A stretch of DNA of 53,221 nucleotides from Deltaproteobacteria bacterium (GCA_030636245.1 DAOVXI010000001.1:1-53221), one strand, 5' to 3'; shown: positions 18,960 to 28,796, numbered from the stretch's first letter. The notes: generated from the sequence alone by a model not told the origin. Made by a program: numbers and translations.

Positions 18960-20963
18960 ATGAAAAAATCGATCGGAAATACCATCGGTGAAATTTTTAA
19001 ACTCAACCTGAGAAAGATAACGCGAAATTTTTATGTGCTCACGGTTGCATCAGTTGTTGTCGGGTTGATTATTTACGTTGAGGTTAGTTCCATTTGGAGT
19101 AAGGTTGAAGCCGTTAAGGATGGTTCTCTTCCGCTGCTCATACAATCGCAGAAAACAGATAACGCGCTTGGTGATACAAAACTTGTTATTGAAAAACTTT
19201 ATGATGCGACGGAGCCGGGGGTTAGGGATATTCTCCTTTTAACAATTCAGGAGACTAACAAGGTTTATAAATTGGAGCTTAATAAACTGGTTGTTATGCT
19301 TTCCTCGGAGTCAGCACAAGCGATTAAGACAAAGCTTCAAAAAGTATCTAGTACATATATTCAACTTTTTGAGAAAGGCATACCGGATACCGCCGCTGCA
19401 TACAATAATTTGGCGAATGTTAAGGGTGCGCTTATGGAGGTTAACACATATACACTTGAGACGATCGCCACTGACTTTAATGCATCACAGGCCGCGAAAA
19501 ATAACGCTACCATTGTTATCGTCTTTACTATTCTTGCAGCCATCGGTGGAATGATCATAACAAGTCTTGTTCTTACCGGAGTTGTCAGTCAGCCGGTTAC
19601 GAATGTTGCCGACTCGCTTGCCAAAAACACCCTTGATATAGAAAGCGTGCTTGGTGAGATAAGTGAAGGTGCAAAGGCACAAACAGAGATCGTCAAGAAC
19701 GCCACAAAGGATCTTGAGGATATGATAATTAATATTATTCAGGGTAGCATTACCTTGAGCGTTGAAAAGCAGTCTGAGATATCAGGTGTTTTTGCAGAGT
19801 TTTTAAGACAGTTCGTTGAAAGGACATCTGCTGAGATCGCCATGGGTATGATGACCGTTTCACAACAGTCACAGGAAGCTCGTAGCGAGATGGATAAGTT
19901 TGTTAAAGAGCTTGCCAATGTTGAGGGTAACATTAAGGACCAGGAGACAGCTGTTCTTGGTATGGTTGACGCGGTCAGATTGATCGCATCATCCAATGAA
20001 GATATTAAGAAGAAAACAATCACCTCAACAGAGGTTGCTGATAAAGCCACAAGGATGGCCGCGGAGGGTCAGGAGAGAATTGGTGTTATCTCTGAGGAAC
20101 TTCAGGATGTACGTAAATCCTCAGAGGGTGTTGCCGAGATAACCGAGTCACTCGCGAAGATTACGGAAAACATTAAAATACTCGCACTTAACATGAGTCT
20201 AAAGGTCGAAGATATTCGAGATGATACGGGTAAGTCATACGGGTTTGAGGCCATGAGTGCCAGGGTTCAGGAGCTAGCCGAAGAGGTTGAAGGCTTGCTC
20301 GAGAACTCTAAAGAGATGATTTTGCCTACCATTAAAGCTATTACAAAAGTTAGTGGCGATGCGGAACAGGCAAAAGAGCTTATCACAGAGGTTGCAAGAT
20401 CAATTAAAGAAGCTGATGAAGAAAGTAAAGCTATCGCAATTGAGATCGATACTCAGAGTGTTGAGATCTCAAGGGTTGAAAAGTCTGCACAGGGATTGAG
20501 TGAGTTGGCCAAGAAATCAACGGAAACAATTAGTGAGCAGACAAAGCTAGTTAAAGATGTTGATGAAATGCTTGGAGAATCGGTTACGCTGGTTGACAGT
20601 GTTAGTGCGCAGACCAACGAAGCGAACGAAGCCGCTCGAAAAGTTAATGACATGATGGAGGAGCTTAAGGCCTCAATGAGCAGCATTGAGGAGGGCACAG
20701 GACTATTGACCGAAAAAAGTGTTGAGCTTTCCGAGATATTTGAGACCATTAGTGTTCAGTCCGCAAAGAACCTTGACGGAGCTGAAAGACTTGAGGTCGT
20801 CTCTAACGCTGTTAGGGATGTTGCCGGAAGACTATCATATGTTGTTCAGGGCGGAAAAGGAGAGGGCAACGGAGCGGCACAGGCCCGGGGAAAGGGTAGC
20901 CAGGAGCAGGTAGTGGAAGATGTGGCCGCCGCCGGGTCAAAGGAAACACCGCCGGTTGCCTGA
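18960..20963 (+). CDS. Methyl-accepting chemotaxis protein-like transducer with divergent signalling tip
   Basis: Two TM segments (FYVLTVASVVVGLIIYV; IVIVFTILAAIGGMIITSLVLTG) flank a ~150-aa extracytoplasmic region. A long coiled coil follows, containing ...ITENIKILALNMSLKVEDIRDDTGKSYGFEAMSARVQELAEE, a degenerate version of the MCP hairpin core. Confidence 0.7.
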   Translation: MKKSIGNTIGEIFKLNLRKITRNFYVLTVASVVVGLIIYVEVSSIWSKVEAVKDGSLPLLIQSQKTDNALGDTKLVIEKLYDATEPGVRDILLLTIQETNKVYKLELNKLVVMLSSESAQAIKTKLQKVSSTYIQLFEKGIPDTAAAYNNLANVKGALMEVNTYTLETIATDFNASQAAKNNATIVIVFTILAAIGGMIITSLVLTGVVSQPVTNVADSLAKNTLDIESVLGEISEGAKAQTEIVKNATKDLEDMIINIIQGSITLSVEKQSEISGVFAEFLRQFVERTSAEIAMGMMTVSQQSQEARSEMDKFVKELANVEGNIKDQETAVLGMVDAVRLIASSNEDIKKKTITSTEVADKATRMAAEGQERIGVISEELQDVRKSSEGVAEITESLAKITENIKILALNMSLKVEDIRDDTGKSYGFEAMSARVQELAEEVEGLLENSKEMILPTIKAITKVSGDAEQAKELITEVARSIKEADEESKAIAIEIDTQSVEISRVEKSAQGLSELAKKSTETISEQTKLVKDVDEMLGESVTLVDSVSAQTNEANEAARKVNDMMEELKASMSSIEEGTGLLTEKSVELSEIFETISVQSAKNLDGAERLEVVSNAVRDVAGRLSYVVQGGKGEGNGAAQARGKGSQEQVVEDVAAAGSKETPPVA

Positions 20964-21025
20964 TAAGACGGCCAACGTAGTATTTATGCGGGAGCTGTTC
21001 GAGCAGTAGTATTATAATAATAACG

Positions 21026-21055
21026 GGCCGCGTAAGCGGCCTTTATTGTATTTTT
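21026..21055 (+). terminator. Rho-independent terminator closing the chemosensory operon
   Basis: GGCCGC-GTAA-GCGGCC followed by TTTATTGTATTTTT. Confidence 0.7.
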
Positions 21056-21170
21056 CAAGTTATATCTTGGTCGTTTTATAGAGATATAAAAAAAATTAAA
21101 AAACATCTTTTAATTCATAGAAGTTTTTTGTATGATTAATAAGATAAGCAATATCATTTATATATAAAAA

Positions 21171-22316
21171 ATGGCTAAATTAAAGAACGGGGTATTCAGT
21201 TACGAAGAACTAACCAAAGCGGTCGCCAAGGGCGTTATCCGTTCTAGTGCCCCTATTGAGGAATCACAGATACAGCCGGCAAGCCTGGACCTAAGGCTCG
21301 GCCCCCGCGTTTACAGACTTGTCTCAAGCTTTCTTCCCGAGTATGAAGATGTATTGGGTAAGCTACACAAGCCGGATATCTACGGCTCTGATCTTGTAAT
21401 GTATGAGATGGATATTAGTGAGGGTGCGATCCTTGAAAAAGGGAATGTCTATCTTATCCCCCTTATGGAGGAGCTTGACCTGCCGAAAACAGTTGAGGGC
21501 AAGGCCAACCCGAAGAGCACAACCGGACGGCTCGATATCTTCACCCGTGTTATAACCGACAACAACCCGAGGTTTGACGAGATACCGGCAGGCTATAAAG
21601 GCGGGCTCTATCTCGAGGTAATGCCGCGTTCATTTACAATAAAAGTAGCAAAGGGTCAGAGCCTTGTTCAGTTGAGGTTGAGGAAGGGAAGCTGTGTTGT
21701 TGGGGATACACCGCTTAAGAAGCTCAACACGGAAGTTGGCCTTTTGTATGACGGAAGAAAATCTCTCGGCAGCAAGGACGTTAGGATATCCGATGGACTC
21801 TTTATGAGTGTTGACCTTGTGGGCGGCACCGATGGAATAGTTGGTTATAAGTCAAAACGCAACAGCCATGTGGTAGATCTTACTAAAAAAGGTTTTTACA
21901 GGGTTGATGATTTCTGGGAGCCGATATACAAGAACGCAAAGAATACTCTTATACTTGAACCGGAAGAGTTTTACATTCTTGCAAGCAAAGAAAAGATCCG
22001 TATTCCGACAAAGTACGCCTCTGAGATGGTTCCCTATGAGGCCGGTTCAGGGGAGCTACGCACACACTACGCAGGGTTTTTCGACCCCGGGTTTGGCTAT
22101 GGTGGAAAAGGTGAGTTAAAAGGAACAAAAGCTGTGCTTGAGGTAAGGGCTCACGATGTGCCGTTCATGATAGCTCACGGTCAGACGTTCTGTAAGCTCT
22201 TTTTTGAAAAAATGATGGAGGTTCCGGAGAAGATCTACGGACCTAAGATAGGCTCATCATATCAGTATCAAAACATAACGCTAAGTAAGCAGTTCAAGCA
22301 GGACCAGGGTTCATAG
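21171..22316 (+). CDS. dcd: 2'-deoxycytidine 5'-triphosphate deaminase, long (~380 aa) DCD family
   Basis: IQPASLDLRLG, a dUTPase-fold dCTP-deaminase-like N-terminal motif, and a second half ending in GFFDPGFG...VLEVR. The length fits the two-domain DCD family. Confidence 0.65.
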   Translation: MAKLKNGVFSYEELTKAVAKGVIRSSAPIEESQIQPASLDLRLGPRVYRLVSSFLPEYEDVLGKLHKPDIYGSDLVMYEMDISEGAILEKGNVYLIPLMEELDLPKTVEGKANPKSTTGRLDIFTRVITDNNPRFDEIPAGYKGGLYLEVMPRSFTIKVAKGQSLVQLRLRKGSCVVGDTPLKKLNTEVGLLYDGRKSLGSKDVRISDGLFMSVDLVGGTDGIVGYKSKRNSHVVDLTKKGFYRVDDFWEPIYKNAKNTLILEPEEFYILASKEKIRIPTKYASEMVPYEAGSGELRTHYAGFFDPGFGYGGKGELKGTKAVLEVRAHDVPFMIAHGQTFCKLFFEKMMEVPEKIYGPKIGSSYQYQNITLSKQFKQDQGS

Positions 22317-22366
22317 CTTTATTATCATAAGGTTCACGTAAATCTTTAAGCAGTTCCTAATTTTAT

Positions 22367-24529
22367 ATGGCCAAAACACAGAACGAGAAAAAAACAAGGA
22401 CCTTTAAGGCGGAGATCATCGCGATAATATTTTTCGCGCTGATGCTGCTTACCGGGGGTAGCCTTGTTTTTTTTAATAAAGGTGATGCCGGTACATTTGG
22501 GCTTATCGGCAATAATGTCTCTGTTGTGCTTTTCACCCTTATCGGTTACTCAGCATACATCCTCCCTGTTCTTTTCGGATACCTAAGTTACAGGTTTGCC
22601 TTTAGAGAAGGTCTCGCACTTCGCATATCAATCCCTATTAGCCTTGGGCTGCTTATTGTCGCTAGCTCCGGGCTCTTTGTTCTATTACTGGGCAGTGAGG
22701 TTGCGGGAGGACTTATCGGTAAGATCGGTGCAAACAACCTGGTTCATTTCGTTGGCCTTCCGGGCAGCATAATAATTTTACTGGCTATTCTACTAGCGTC
22801 ACTCCGTGTGGGCACGGGTATCTCGCTTATAAGCTTCTTTGAGAAAATCTTCTTTGGATGCCGTATCATAATCATTTACGGGATAAACGCCTATAAAAAA
22901 ATTGTTGGATTGATAAAGGCAGGTAAAAAATCAGCTGAAACCATAAAAGAGGCAAGGGCTGAAAAGAAGGCAAAGAAGGAAGAAAAAAAGGAAAAAGAAG
23001 TAAAAAGAAAAAGCCCTACGATAGTTACCAAGCCGGAAGCAAAGCCAAAGAAAAAACCGGCAACAGCAGCGCAGGAGAAGTTTGAATTCTTAAGCCCCGA
23101 GGGTAAATTCCAGTTGCCGCATATTGATCTGATGACGCCGCTCCCTAGGAAGATGGACAAGGTTGATAAGCAAAGTCTTTTAACGAATTCCAAAATACTT
23201 GAGCAGAAGCTTGTTGATTTTGACGTCAACGGTCAAGTGCTAGCGGTAAGGCCGGGACCTGTTGTTACAACATATGAGTTTGAGCCTGCACCCGGGATCA
23301 AGGTAAATAAGATATTGAACCTTGCTGATGACTTGGCGCTTGCGATGCGTGCTACATCCATGAGAATTCTCGCGCCGATTCCCGGAAAAGCTGTTGTTGG
23401 AATAGAGGTTCCTAACGCCATACGCGAGTCGATATTGTTACGTGAGATGCTTGAAAGCAGAGAGTTCGTAAAGAACAAAAGTAAACTCGCCTTGGCATTT
23501 GGTAAAGACATCTCAGGCGAGACCTTTGTGGCAGACCTTGCAAAGATGCCGCATCTGCTTGTAGCGGGAGCCACGGGCGCGGGAAAAAGTGTTTTTATTA
23601 ACACACTTATTTTAAGCATTCTTTATAAGTCCACACCCGAGGACGTAAGATTTCTCATGGTAGATCCAAAGATGTTAGAGCTCTCCGCTTATGAAGGAAT
23701 ACCTCATTTGCTTACACCCGTTGTAACGGATCCTAAGCGTGCGACAGCAATGCTCAAGAGCATTGTTATAGAGATGGAAAAACGATATAAGCTTATGAGT
23801 GAGGTTGGCGCAAAAAATATTGACAGCTATAATGAAAAGGTCGTGGCAGAGCCTACGCATAAAGATACGGAACATAAGAAGCTGCCTTTTATCGTGGTTA
23901 TAGTAGATGAGCTCGCGGACCTGATGATGACAGCAGGCAAGGATGTTGAAGAGTCCTTGGTAAGGCTATCACAGATGGCTAGAGCCGCAGGCATCCACCT
24001 TGTGCTTGCGACCCAAAGACCATCGGTCGATGTAATAACGGGGATCATAAAGGCTAACTTCCCGGCAAGGGTTTCCTTTCAGGTTCCCTCAAGGACCGAC
24101 TCAAGAACAATTCTTGACTCTATGGGTGCAGAAACCCTTCTTGGTCAGGGAGATATGCTGTTCATGCCTCCCGGCTCGGCAAAGTTAAGCAGGCTCCATG
24201 GTGCGTTTGTCAGTGAAGAAGAGATCAAAAGAGTTACAAAGTATTTAAAGAAACAAGGAAAACCGGCCTACGATAAGGTTATCGCTGAAGCAAAGGCCCC
24301 ATCAGTCGTGCCTGGTGAGCAGGATTATGATGAAGAGTTTATGGAGCGATTTGATGCGGCGGTTAAGCTAGTAAGCGGTCTTGAAACAATAAGCACATCA
24401 TACCTTCAACGTAGATTCCGTGTCGGTTATAATACGGCGGCAAGGATAATAGAGAAGATGGAGCAGGACGGTGTTGTTGGTCCCGCGCAGGGAAGTCGCC
24501 CGAGAGAAGTTCTTAAGAGGGATACATAA
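22367..24529 (+). CDS. ftsK: DNA translocase FtsK
   Basis: Polytopic N-terminus and a Lys-rich linker. Motor domain with Walker A GATGAGKS and Walker B VIVDELADLMM. C-terminal gamma winged helix YLQRRFRVGYNTAARIIEKME. Confidence 0.95.
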   Translation: MAKTQNEKKTRTFKAEIIAIIFFALMLLTGGSLVFFNKGDAGTFGLIGNNVSVVLFTLIGYSAYILPVLFGYLSYRFAFREGLALRISIPISLGLLIVASSGLFVLLLGSEVAGGLIGKIGANNLVHFVGLPGSIIILLAILLASLRVGTGISLISFFEKIFFGCRIIIIYGINAYKKIVGLIKAGKKSAETIKEARAEKKAKKEEKKEKEVKRKSPTIVTKPEAKPKKKPATAAQEKFEFLSPEGKFQLPHIDLMTPLPRKMDKVDKQSLLTNSKILEQKLVDFDVNGQVLAVRPGPVVTTYEFEPAPGIKVNKILNLADDLALAMRATSMRILAPIPGKAVVGIEVPNAIRESILLREMLESREFVKNKSKLALAFGKDISGETFVADLAKMPHLLVAGATGAGKSVFINTLILSILYKSTPEDVRFLMVDPKMLELSAYEGIPHLLTPVVTDPKRATAMLKSIVIEMEKRYKLMSEVGAKNIDSYNEKVVAEPTHKDTEHKKLPFIVVIVDELADLMMTAGKDVEESLVRLSQMARAAGIHLVLATQRPSVDVITGIIKANFPARVSFQVPSRTDSRTILDSMGAETLLGQGDMLFMPPGSAKLSRLHGAFVSEEEIKRVTKYLKKQGKPAYDKVIAEAKAPSVVPGEQDYDEEFMERFDAAVKLVSGLETISTSYLQRRFRVGYNTAARIIEKMEQDGVVGPAQGSRPREVLKRDT

Positions 24530-24531
24530 AA

Positions 24532-25203
24532 GTGAGGTACCTTTTAATACCGGTTATATCGGTCTTTGTATGTATGAGTGTTCTAGCTTCAAAGACGTCT
24601 TATGCTGACACAGATAGCATTCAAGTTGAAAAGATACTTGCGAGTATAAGTCGTGCCTATAAAGATGTAAAGACACTGAAGGCAGAGTTCACTCAAACAA
24701 CAGAGCTTGTAACGTTAAAGAGTAAGGAAGAAACAAAAGGTACTTTTTATATAAAGCGTCCGAACAGTTTTAGGTGGGAGTACGCGGGGGAGGAAGAAGA
24801 GGAAGAAACACTTGTTGTAGGTAATAGTGAAAAGGTGTGGATATATGAACCTGAGCTCATGCAGGTTGTGGAGCTTGAAAGCGAGGGTAGCGGAACCTTC
24901 TTTTTTACCTCACTATTGAACGCTATGGATGATCTGGGAAAAAACTATAACGCCGTGGTAGTTGATAGTACATTGGAAAGTTATTCCATAAGGCTTGAGC
25001 CAAAGGTAGCTATCCCACAGATTAGACAGATAACCATAACCGTTAACAAAGAAAATTTTCACGTAACAAAAACAGTTGTTGATGATAAATACGGGACAAG
25101 GACAACGGTAGCTCTTATCGGAACGGAGTATAATCCGGAGTTCGAGGAAAATTTATTTATATTCAAGCTGCCGAAGGGTGTTAAGGTAGTAAAACCGCAT
25201 TAA
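24532..25203 (+). CDS. lolA: Outer-membrane lipoprotein carrier protein LolA
   Basis: Signal peptide and the LolA pattern LKAEFTQT...[15 protein letters not shown]...[14 protein letters not shown] start 2 nt after the ftsK stop. Confidence 0.8.
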   Translation: MRYLLIPVISVFVCMSVLASKTSYADTDSIQVEKILASISRAYKDVKTLKAEFTQTTELVTLKSKEETKGTFYIKRPNSFRWEYAGEEEEEETLVVGNSEKVWIYEPELMQVVELESEGSGTFFFTSLLNAMDDLGKNYNAVVVDSTLESYSIRLEPKVAIPQIRQITITVNKENFHVTKTVVDDKYGTRTTVALIGTEYNPEFEENLFIFKLPKGVKVVKPH

Positions 25204-25222
25204 GTATGAAGGAGGGTTCAAA

Positions 25223-25711
25223 ATGGCTTCATTTGATATTATCAGCGAGGTAGAAGAGCAGGAAATAGATAATGCTATCAACCAGAGTACGAAGGAGATC
25301 ACTCAGCGTTATGATTTTAAAGATACAAAGAGTGAGATAAACTGGAGCAAGGGTGAGGATATCGTAATAATCGGAGACGATGACTATAAGCTGAAGGCTG
25401 TTGTTGATATACTGCAGTCAAAATTCGTAAAAAGAGGTATCTCATTAAAATCATTTGAGTACGGTTCAGTAGAGGACTCGGGAGGCGGGCTCAAAAAGCA
25501 GAGCATAAAGATAATCCAAGGTATATCGCAGGAAAAGGCAAAAGAGATTGTAAAGTTTGTTAAAGCTCTTAAGATCAAGGTTCAGGCGCAGATCCAGGGC
25601 GATCAGCTTCGTGTTACCGGTAAAAAACTAGATGACCTTCAAGCCGTCATTGCCGAGGTAAAGGCCAAGGGTTTTGACCTAGAGCTGCAATTTGTGAATA
25701 TGCGTTCATGA
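25223..25711 (+). CDS. yajQ: YajQ-family nucleotide (c-di-GMP)-binding protein (UPF0234)
   Basis: Colinear with E. coli YajQ: M.SFDI.SEV..QE..NA......E...R.DF ... [20 protein letters not shown]. Confidence 0.9.
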   Translation: MASFDIISEVEEQEIDNAINQSTKEITQRYDFKDTKSEINWSKGEDIVIIGDDDYKLKAVVDILQSKFVKRGISLKSFEYGSVEDSGGGLKKQSIKIIQGISQEKAKEIVKFVKALKIKVQAQIQGDQLRVTGKKLDDLQAVIAEVKAKGFDLELQFVNMRS

Positions 25712-26508
25712 TCCATTTGCGAAGATATTTATTCTCCATCCCCTTTCTTTTGATCCTACTTTTATTTCCTTTCCCAAAAGATGCCATGAGTGGTGAAGCG
25801 CCCTATGATGTGGAAAATATAGGGTGGGTTACAAACCTAAGTGGCGAAGCGTATATAGTGCGAAGTTGGAGCGAGATGCGCGAAGGCGTAAAAGTTGGCA
25901 CATCTGTATATATAAATGACAGTATAACAACCACTGATCTAACCGAGTTGACAATAGAGTTTGATGACGACTCCGCGGTCGCCGTTGGTTCTAATACGCA
26001 TTTGATAATAAATGAGTATGTCTATGATGTAGAGAGCAAAGAGAACCGTTCACTATTTAATTTGCTTAAAGGCAGTGTGCGCGGTTATCTGAACGATCTC
26101 TTCGGGTCACGCTCCCAGATGAGCTTTAAAACGACTACATCTCTTGTTGGGGTAAAGGGCAGTGATATATCAGTATGGGTAGAAGATGATGAAAGTATTG
26201 TTGCCGTTAATGAAGGACACGGATTTATCCGGGACATAATAAAGAAAGACAGCCCAGAGATAAAAATTCAGGGTGGTTATATGGTTATATTCGGGCCGGG
26301 CAAAAAAGTCGGCAGGCCGGTTAAGATAAGTAAAAAGATCCAAGAGAGAATACTTAAACTTAAGATAAAACGATATGCGAGGCTTATAAAGAAGTTAAAG
26401 AAAAAACGCATCAAGCACTTGCTTAAGAAAAAGAAGAAAAAAGAATTTATAAAAAAATATAAAGAAATTAAAAAGAAAATGCAGAAAAAACGCAAGCGGG
26501 TAAAGTAG
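25708..26508 (+). CDS. Secreted FecR-domain protein with poly-Lys C-terminal tail
   Basis: Signal-like N-terminus. The FecR-like pattern [14 protein letters not shown]...[15 protein letters not shown]...[19 protein letters not shown]. The last ~65 aa are K/R-rich ([20 protein letters not shown]...). ATGA overlap with yajQ. Confidence 0.55.
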   Translation: MIHLRRYLFSIPFLLILLLFPFPKDAMSGEAPYDVENIGWVTNLSGEAYIVRSWSEMREGVKVGTSVYINDSITTTDLTELTIEFDDDSAVAVGSNTHLIINEYVYDVESKENRSLFNLLKGSVRGYLNDLFGSRSQMSFKTTTSLVGVKGSDISVWVEDDESIVAVNEGHGFIRDIIKKDSPEIKIQGGYMVIFGPGKKVGRPVKISKKIQERILKLKIKRYARLIKKLKKKRIKHLLKKKKKKEFIKKYKEIKKKMQKKRKRVK

Positions 26509-26533
26509 CAACTTTGAAGCTAAGGTATATCAA

Positions 26534-27364
26534 ATGTCATATACAAAAATAATCGCAAAAGGTAAAGAGGAACGAAAAGATATTGCCGCTCACATTATCA
26601 TGGAGGCCGGTTCAAGCGGAGTGGAGGAGATATCAAAAGGAAGTAACATAAATATCATTGGATTTATAGAAACGGAACAATCCTTAAACATCTCTCAGAT
26701 AAAAAAAGAACTCAGCAAGGTTGGCTATTCTCTTAGTGTAAGCGAGTATAATGAAACCGGCTGGGAGCATAAATGGAAAAAAGGAATAAAGCCTGTTAGT
26801 GTCGGCTCTTTTTTTGTTCGTCCTACCTGGAGTAAGGCCAAAACACCAAGCGGGAAAAAGCTAATTATGATAGATCCGGGCATGGCTTTCGGTACAGGAA
26901 CTCACCCGACGACGAAGTTGTGCCTTAAGGCTATATCAGAAGTTATCTCAGTAAAAGGTAAAACCGTGCTGGATGTCGGCACGGGTAGCGGAATATTGGC
27001 GATAGGGGCATTCAAGCTCAAAGCGTCAAAGGTAATGGGAACGGACAACGACCCTGTGGCGCTCAAGGTTGCAAGAGCAAACACACGGCTAAATAAATCG
27101 TCAATATCGTTTAGCGGCAGGAACCTGAGTTCTTTAAAGGGCGGCTTTGATGTTGTTATAGCTAATATAATATCCGGAACCTTAAAGGAGCTCAAAAAGG
27201 AATTAAAAGGAAAGGTTAAAAAAGGAGGAGCGCTTATCCTCTCCGGAATATTAAATAATGAAGTTGATGATCTCCAAAACAGCTTCACGGACGATTCATT
27301 TATTAAAGAAAAGAATTTAAAGAGTGGAGAGTGGTCAGCCATAGTAATGAGTAGAAAACCATGA
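26534..27364 (+). CDS. prmA: Ribosomal protein L11 methyltransferase PrmA
   Basis: IDPGMAFGTGTHPTTKLCL and VLDVGTGSGILAI motifs. Confidence 0.9.
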   Translation: MSYTKIIAKGKEERKDIAAHIIMEAGSSGVEEISKGSNINIIGFIETEQSLNISQIKKELSKVGYSLSVSEYNETGWEHKWKKGIKPVSVGSFFVRPTWSKAKTPSGKKLIMIDPGMAFGTGTHPTTKLCLKAISEVISVKGKTVLDVGTGSGILAIGAFKLKASKVMGTDNDPVALKVARANTRLNKSSISFSGRNLSSLKGGFDVVIANIISGTLKELKKELKGKVKKGGALILSGILNNEVDDLQNSFTDDSFIKEKNLKSGEWSAIVMSRKP

Positions 27365-28071
27365 GAAGATTTTATCTAGAAGGCATAAGAGAAACCGACA
27401 GGCTGTGTATGCTAACCGGCAGTGAACACACACACTTAAAAGATGTGCTTCGTCTTGGTCCGGGTGAAGAGGTGTTGATCATAAACGGTAGGGGTCTTGA
27501 GCTATCGGCAAAGATAATGGAGTCAAAAAAAGATAAGACAATGCTTCAGGTCCTAAAGGCTCGTGAAGGTTTGGGTGAGAGTGATCTTAATTTGAGTCTC
27601 GCGCTGTCCGTGACCAAGGGACTTAAAGCCGAGTGGGTCATAGAGAAGGCAACCGAGCTTGGCGCAAATGAGATATTAATCTTTTCATCCAGTCGGAGCG
27701 TTGCAAAGGTCAATCAAGTAAAAGAAGAGAGATATAAAAAAGCCGGTATCTCTGCGCTTAAACAGTCCGGGAGGTCCTATCTTCCGAAGATAGAAATGTT
27801 AGAGAGTTTTGAAGAGGCGCTAACAACGGCAAATGGGGTGAAGTTATTAATGCATCCCGGCGGTGTTCGTTTCAAAGATGAACTTAGAGAAATAAAAGAA
27901 AAAGAGATAACAATCTTTATCGGCCCCGAGGGTGGATTTAGTGAGGAAGAGACAGGGTTGGGTGAGAAACACGGAGCAAAGCTAGTTACACTTGGAAAAA
28001 GGATTTTAAGAGCAGAAACCGCGGCCTTAACCGCTTTGGCAATTGCTCAATTTGAGCTAGGAGATATTTAA
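27361..28071 (+). CDS. rsmE: 16S rRNA (uracil1498-N3)-methyltransferase RsmE
   Basis: MRRFY N-terminus, IGPEGGFSEEE and ILRAETAAL motifs. ATGA overlap with prmA. Confidence 0.9.
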   Translation: MRRFYLEGIRETDRLCMLTGSEHTHLKDVLRLGPGEEVLIINGRGLELSAKIMESKKDKTMLQVLKAREGLGESDLNLSLALSVTKGLKAEWVIEKATELGANEILIFSSSRSVAKVNQVKEERYKKAGISALKQSGRSYLPKIEMLESFEEALTTANGVKLLMHPGGVRFKDELREIKEKEITIFIGPEGGFSEEETGLGEKHGAKLVTLGKRILRAETAALTALAIAQFELGDI

Positions 28072-28194
28072 AAACCATAGATCCAGAGCACCTATGTTTT
28101 GTATAAACAACTAATACAAAGCATTATAAGGATTGATGAAAAGGTTAGAAAACTAACGTTTTCAAAGGGTTAAACAATCACGATAAGGGGCTAC

Positions 28195-28223
28195 TTGACA
28201 AAGCTCTATATATCGAATATCAT
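28195..28223 (+). promoter_or_regulatory. Putative promoter TTGACA-17 nt-TATCAT upstream of hsp20
   Basis: TTGACA at 28195-28200 and TATCAT at 28218-28223, ~38 nt before the ATG at 28262. Confidence 0.4.
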
Positions 28224-28261
28224 TGATATTATTGGGTTTACAGCCCGTTCGGATAAAGCAA

Positions 28262-28702
28262 ATGGTAAAAAAATGGATACCTTATAAAGATCTGCTATTT
28301 TTGCAGGAGCGTATGGGCCGAATTTTTGATGAGGCCATGGGGCACCACTTTGGCTCAGAAGACTCCAGAGGCGCCTGGCTTCCTGTAACAGATATTTATG
28401 AGACCAAAAAGCATATTATATTAAAGGTTGAACTTGCCGGCATTGATATTGAGGATGTAGATCTTGAGGTTGATGAGAACAAGTTGACCATCACAGGCGA
28501 GCGGCGGCCACATAAGGGTGATGTGGAGGAGCACTATCATGCAATGGAGTGTTCATATGGCGGTTTTCAAAGGATCTTTGAGTTACCGGGCATAATCGAT
28601 AAGGATAAGATAAAAGCTAACTTCAAGGATGGTGTTCTTGAGGTAAAGGCGCACCGGAAAGAAAAAAGCAAGCCAAAGCATATAAAGGTAGAGGTAAAGT
28701 AA
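28262..28702 (+). CDS. Small heat-shock protein, Hsp20/alpha-crystallin family
   Basis: Alpha-crystallin domain: PVTDIYETKKHIILKVELAGI...FQRIFELPG...KANFKDGVLEV. The internal ATG at 28262 is preferred over the ORF-track start at 28223. Confidence 0.9.
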   Translation: MVKKWIPYKDLLFLQERMGRIFDEAMGHHFGSEDSRGAWLPVTDIYETKKHIILKVELAGIDIEDVDLEVDENKLTITGERRPHKGDVEEHYHAMECSYGGFQRIFELPGIIDKDKIKANFKDGVLEVKAHRKEKSKPKHIKVEVK

Positions 28703-28796
28703 ACCGTCCCAAAGGGTCTGTCGCAACATCACGGACTTTTCGCTGTCATGGCGTTGTGGGCGGATTTTTATATTAAAGTTCTAAGGAGAAATTACA

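Noticed and set aside
18557-19006. 149-aa and 105-aa minus-strand ORFs inside cheW
   Set aside because: They are antisense to a CDS with operon context and a CheW-like pattern. They have no RBS and no motif.
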